64,000 nucleotides of DNA from Macrostomum lignano. Taxonomy: Eukaryota. Where the stretch lies: the NCBI GenBank assembly GCA_002269645.1, contig NIVC01003176.1, forward strand, positions 50,046-114,045, written 5' to 3'. The notes under the pieces are model-generated. The model saw only the letters and a program-made list of their open reading frames with translations. It did no database searches and was not told the origin of the DNA. Shown here piece after piece: positions 59,401-64,000 of the stretch. The position numbers and the translations under genes were made by a program. The stretch's first letter is position 1. The number at the start of each line of letters is the position of its first letter.

Positions 59401-61898
59401 TTGCAGGTAGTTTACGTGTGAATAAAAGGGGTGTTTATTAGTGACTATTGCAGGTAGCTTACGTGTGAATAAAAGGGGTGTTTATTAGTGACTATTGCAG
59501 GTAGCTTACGTGTGAATAAAAGGGGTGTTTATTAGTGACTTTTGCAGGTAGTTTACGTGTGAATAAAAGGGGTGTTTATTAGTGACTATTGCAGGTAGCT
59601 TATGTGTGAATAAAAGGGGTGTTTATTAGTGACTATTGCAGGTAGCTTATGTGTGAATAAAAGGGGTGTTTATTAGTGACTTTTGCAGGTAGTTTACGTG
59701 TGAATAAAAGGGGTGTTTATTAGTGACTATTGCAGGTAGTTTACCTGTGAATTAAAGGGGTGTTTATTAGTGACTATTGCAGGTAGCTTATGTGTGAATA
59801 AAAGGGGTGTTTATTAGTGACTATTGCAGGTAGTTTACGTGTGAATAAAAGGGGTGTTTATTAGTGACTATTGCAGGTAGCTTATGTGTGAATAAAAGGG
59901 GTGTTTATTAGTGACTATTGCAGGTAGCTTACGTGTGAATAAAAGGGGTGTTTATTAGTGACTATTGCAGGTAGCTTACGTGTGAATAAAAGGGGTGTTT
60001 ATTAGTGACTTTTGCAGGTAGTTTACGTGTGAATAAAAGGGGTGTTTATTAGTGACTATTGCAGGTAGCTTACGTGTGAATAAAAGGGGTGTTTATTAGT
60101 GACTTTTGCAGGTAGTTTACGTGTGAATAAAAGGGGTGTTTATTAGTGACTATTGCAGGTAGCTTATGTGTGAATAAAAGGGGTGTTTATTAGTGACTAT
60201 TGCAGGTAGCTTACGTGTGAATAAAAGGGGTGTTTATTAGTGACTATTGCAGGTAGCTTACGTGTGAATAAAAGGGGTGTTTATTAGTGACTTTTGCAGG
60301 TAGTTTACGTGTGAATAAAAGGGGTGTTTATTAGTGACTATTGCAGGTAGCTTACGTGTGAATAAAAGGGGTGTTTATTAGTGACTTTTGCAGGTAGTTT
60401 ACGTGTGAATAAAAGGGGTGTTTATTAGTGACTATTGCAGGTAGTTTACGTGTGAATAAAAGGGGTGTTTATTAGTGACTATTGCAGGTAGCTTATGTGT
60501 GAATAAAAGGGGTGTTTATTAGTGACTATTGCAGGTAGCTTATGTGTGAATAAAAGGGGTGTTTATTAGTGACTTTTGCAGGTAGTTTACGTGTGAATAA
60601 AAGGGGTGTTTATTAGTGACTATTGCAGGTAGTTTACCTGTGAATAAAAGGGGTGTTTATTAGTGACTATTGCAGGTAGCTTACGTGTGAATAAAAGGGG
60701 TGTTTATTAGTGACTATTGCAGGTAGCTTATGTGTGAATAAAAGGGGTGTTTATTAGTGACTATTGCAGGTAGTTTACGTGTGAATAAAAGGGGTGTTTA
60801 TTAGTGACTATTGCAGGTAGCTTATGTGTGAATAAAAGGGGTGTTTATTAGTGACTATTGCAGGTAGCTTATGTGTGAATAAAAGGGGTGTTTATTAGTG
60901 ACTATTGCAGGTAGTTTACGTGTGAATAAAAGGGGTGTTTATTAGTGACTATTGCAGGTAGCTTATGTGTGAATAAAAGGGGTGTTTATTAGTGACTATT
61001 GCAGGTAGCTTATGTGTGAATAAAAGGGGTGTTTATTAGTGACTATTGCAGGCAGCTTATGTGTGAATAAAAGGGGTGTTTATTAGGGACTATTGCAGGT
61101 AGCTTATGTGTGAATAAAAGGGGTGTTTATTAGGGACTATTGCAGGTAGCTTATGTGTGAATAAAAGGGGTGTTTATTAGTGACTATTGCAGGTAGCTTA
61201 TGTGTGAATAAAAGGGGTGTTTATTAGTGACTATTGCAGGTAGCTTATGTGTGAATAAAAGGGGTGTTTATTAGGGACTATTGCAGGTAGCTTATGTGTG
61301 AATAAAAGGGGTGTTTATTAGGGACTATTGCAGGTAGCTTATGTGTGAATAAAAGGGGTGTTTATTAGGGACTATTGCAGGTAGCTTATGTGTGAATAAA
61401 AGGGGTGTTTATTAGTGACTATTGCAGGTAGTTTATGCATCAATAATAACAGGGGGTGTTTATTAGGAATCATTGCAGGTAGCTATATAAAAATGATAGC
61501 AAACTCCATTCATACTACTTACTTAGCGGCTTTGCACTGAGCGTCGCGATTATCGCCCAACTCTCTATCCAGCGAGATCATATCGCTGGCGTATTGATTA
61601 AATGCGTTTCTCTGCCAGCCTTCGTCGTATTTTCTTCGTTCAGTGGAGGACAGCTTGTTCTTGTCAATGTTGACAGGGCGGCCGCCTTCGCCGTGCTCGT
61701 GTCCCGGGTTGGGATAGGCGGCCCACAGCTCTCGAATATGGGCCGGCGGTGCTCGGCGAACCCGTCTGGTGACAATGTGCTGGCCGAGTTTGAGTCATCT
61801 GGATGGAGCTGCGGCTTCTGCTGCTGTGCTTGTTGATGACGATGAGCCTGGAGCATGTCCCGGTGGTGCACCCGGTTGAATATGATCTCGTCGCGTAC
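53473..61898 (-). CDS. GALNT: Polypeptide N-acetylgalactosaminyltransferase (GT27), 5' end not resolved. Exons 61523-61898 (frame problem), 57652-57853, 55951-56583, 53473-53994
   Basis: [61 protein letters not shown] (DXH), [31 protein letters not shown], and a C-terminal ricin-type lectin with QxW motifs. No transmembrane-coding exon was found. The paralogue number cannot be assigned. Confidence 0.93.
54095..54430. repeat. 21-bp array, GALNT last intron
   Basis: gggatcagagtagggatccat units. Confidence 0.93.
54895..55868. repeat. 17-21 bp GGCGCC array, GALNT last intron
   Basis: ggcgccagctacagaggg units. Confidence 0.96.
56862..57620. repeat. 32-34 bp array, GALNT intron
   Basis: tgatcaggtgacaatcacactaatctaattag units. 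Confidence 0.96.
57925..61490. repeat. 47-bp satellite of ~75 copies, GALNT intron
   Basis: gtgtgaataaaaggggtgtttattagtgactattgcaggtagcttac; no unique spacers. Confidence 0.98.
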
Positions 61899-62039
61899 CT
61901 GGCAGGGGATACCAAGTGATTAATTATATATGTATACATTATAATCCTGATAGTACTTAGTCAAAGTAGTTCAAAGCGAAATTTAAAGCGATTTTAAGGC
62001 GATTTTGAGCCAACTCAAAGCAATTGTCCAGGCAAAATA

Positions 62040-62830
62040 CAGGTAGTTTTCAAAGCGATTCTCAAGAAGAACTTTAAGCAATCTTCACGGCGCAATTCGG
62101 GCGAATCGATCGAATCGAATCGATTCGGGATTTTCAAGGCAAAATTAAGGCGATTCTCAGAGCGAAATTAAGGCGATTCTCAGAGCGAAATTAAGGCGAT
62201 TCTCAAGGCGAAGTTAGGGCGATCCTCAAGGTGAAATTAAGGTAATTTTCAAGGCGTAATAAAGAAATCTTAAGAACAAAATTACGAGATTCTCAAGGCG
62301 AAGTTAGGGCGATCCTCAAGGTGAAATGAAGGTAATTTTCAAGGCGTAATAAAGAAATCTTAAGAACAAAATTAGGAGATTCTCAAGGCGAAGTTAGGGC
62401 GATCCTCAAGGTGAAATTAAGGTAATTTTCAAGGCGTAATAAAGAAATCTTAAGAACAAAATTAGGAGATTCTCAAGGCAAAGTTAGGGCGATTCTAAAG
62501 GTGAAGTTAAGGCGATTCTAAAGATTAATTTAAAGCGATACTCTGGGTGAATCTTAGGCGATTCGAAAGGTGAAGTTAAGGCGATTCTAAAAATTAATTT
62601 AAAGCGATTCTCTGGGTGAATCTTGGGCGATTCTCTGGGTGAATCTTGGGCGATTCTCTGGGTGAATCTTGGGCGATTCTCTGGGTGAATCTTGGGCGAT
62701 TCTCTGGGTGAATCTTAGGCGGTTCTCAAGGTGAAGTTAAGGCGATTCTAAAGATTAATTTAAAGCGATACTCTGGGTGAATCTTAGGCGATTCTCAAGG
62801 TGAAGTTAAGGTGATTCTCAGGATGTAATT
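62040..62830. repeat. Degenerate ~22-bp array with a ~89-bp higher-order triplication
   Basis: aaggcgattctcaaggtgaa and gggcgattctctgggtgaatctt units. Confidence 0.9.
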
Positions 62831-63021
62831 AAAGCAATTCCCAAGTAATGTGTTAAGGATGATGTTCTTCTGGAGGTGTACATACTCCCGGCTACGCATG
62901 AGGCGTACATCTGTGTATTCGATTCTCATGGCAATCAAAAAATTCTAGATTTAAACATTTTTCGATCAAATAGAGAACGATTTAAGCGCACACGATTTTC
63001 AGCTAGTTAGGTCGAAGTGCA

Positions 63022-63094
63022 GTCCGGAAAAATTGCCAACGAGGAGCGAAGCGAGCGAAGCGAGCGTAGCTCCTCGTTGGCAATTTTTTCGGAC
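63022..63094. other. 26-bp-arm inverted repeat (1 mismatch) with a GAGCGAAGC-repeat spacer
   Basis: gtccggaaaaattgccaacgaggagc / gctcctcgttggcaattttttcggac. Confidence 0.85.
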
Positions 63095-63506
63095 AAACGA
63101 GACCGAGATAAGATGTCCCGGAGACTCCCCAACGTAAAATCAACGTTTTAGAAAATAAAATTGATGCAGAGTTAAAACCACTTGAGATGAAACCATGTGT
63201 GACCCCTCTATGGACGTAAAACATTTAGGGCTACAAGATGTGTGACGTGAAAGTTCCATAGCAACGCGTCTTGGTTGCCATGGCAACAAAAAAGTGACTT
63301 TTTTTAGACCCGTCCAAATCTTGAATCTCAAAAAATAAGGATTCACAATATGGAGTCAAAAATTGATTGAACCCAACTTTTGGCGAATTTTCAGACCTTC
63401 AAGACACTGATTGGTTATTTTCCGCTAAATGCTTACCTTGATAGGTAATTCTGTAAAAGTGTGTTTTTTAAGTGTCAAAAAATGCGCATTTTTATCAACT
63501 TTCAAC

Positions 63507-63554
63507 TGACGCAGCTCAAAGGTCGCGCGTCAGCGCGACCTTTGAGCTGCGTCA
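63507..63554. other. Perfect 22-bp stem with 4-nt loop
   Basis: tgacgcagctcaaaggtcgcgc-gtca-gcgcgacctttgagctgcgtca. Confidence 0.9.
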
Positions 63555-64000
63555 TTCTAACAATGGCACCTGGGACTCTTACATGACGCACGACTTTAAC
63601 CAAGATACTCACTTTAACTGTACATTCGCACCTGTTAATTACATTCGAATATTCGACGGGTAGGTATTCGAACCGAAATAAAGGAAATTCAACCTTGTTG
63701 CGAGACTCTAAAAAGTACATGAATGCGGTCATTTAGGTAAGATCTACATGTTTATAATACATTTTGAGCCGTTTCGTTGCACTGACTCTGAGCCATACAC
63801 TGCTAAAGTCGATAAACGTGATTTAGGCTATTTTTATGTATTTTTCATGATACAAATGTACAAAAAATAAGAAACGACGACATGCTAGGAAAATCAGACT
63901 TTTTAGGCAAGGTGCACAACTAAATTGCGCACAATATGTATATTTTGAAATTTCGTCTTAGTTTATTGAAGTCGCTGCCGGTACAGAAATGTACTTTAAC

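Noticed and set aside
57925-61490. CRISPR-like array
   Set aside because: Pure head-to-tail repeats with no unique spacers, no cas genes, and a eukaryotic intron context. The same applies to all other arrays.
62860-63740. First (TM-coding) exon of GALNT
   Set aside because: Donor-like sites exist, but no hydrophobic transmembrane segment was seen in the minus-strand frames I read; the 5' end may lie outside the window.

Overview
Eukaryotic (metazoan) genomic DNA with GT-AG introns. The GC-rich exons, AT-rich intergenic DNA and minisatellite-filled introns resemble a free-living flatworm such as Macrostomum (inference only, not verified). There are three minus-strand protein-coding genes. (1) A 2-exon histone stem-loop binding protein gene (SLBP, 832-2803). 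(2) A 31-exon, ~3160-aa LRRK2-type Roco kinase (ARM-ANK-LRR-Roc-COR-kinase-WD40, 13933-50674), which I assembled by hand with consistent intron phases. (3) The 3' part of a polypeptide GalNAc-transferase (GALNT, 53473-61898). Between SLBP and LRRK2 is a CpG-poor block (~2.8-12.2 kb) with decayed Gypsy/Ty3 pieces: an integrase, an extra Q/P-rich ORF with its own CCAAT/TATA promoter, and two LTR-end/PBS junctions. The main unusual feature is that nearly every intron (27 of 30 in LRRK2) holds a tandem array, mostly private to that intron. Several arrays are amplified copies of the adjoining splice junction or stop codon. One creates a series of in-frame alternative 5' splice sites, and an inverted copy of another flanks a frame-preserving Roc exon. 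Exon boundaries are predicted from sequence alone, without RNA data.
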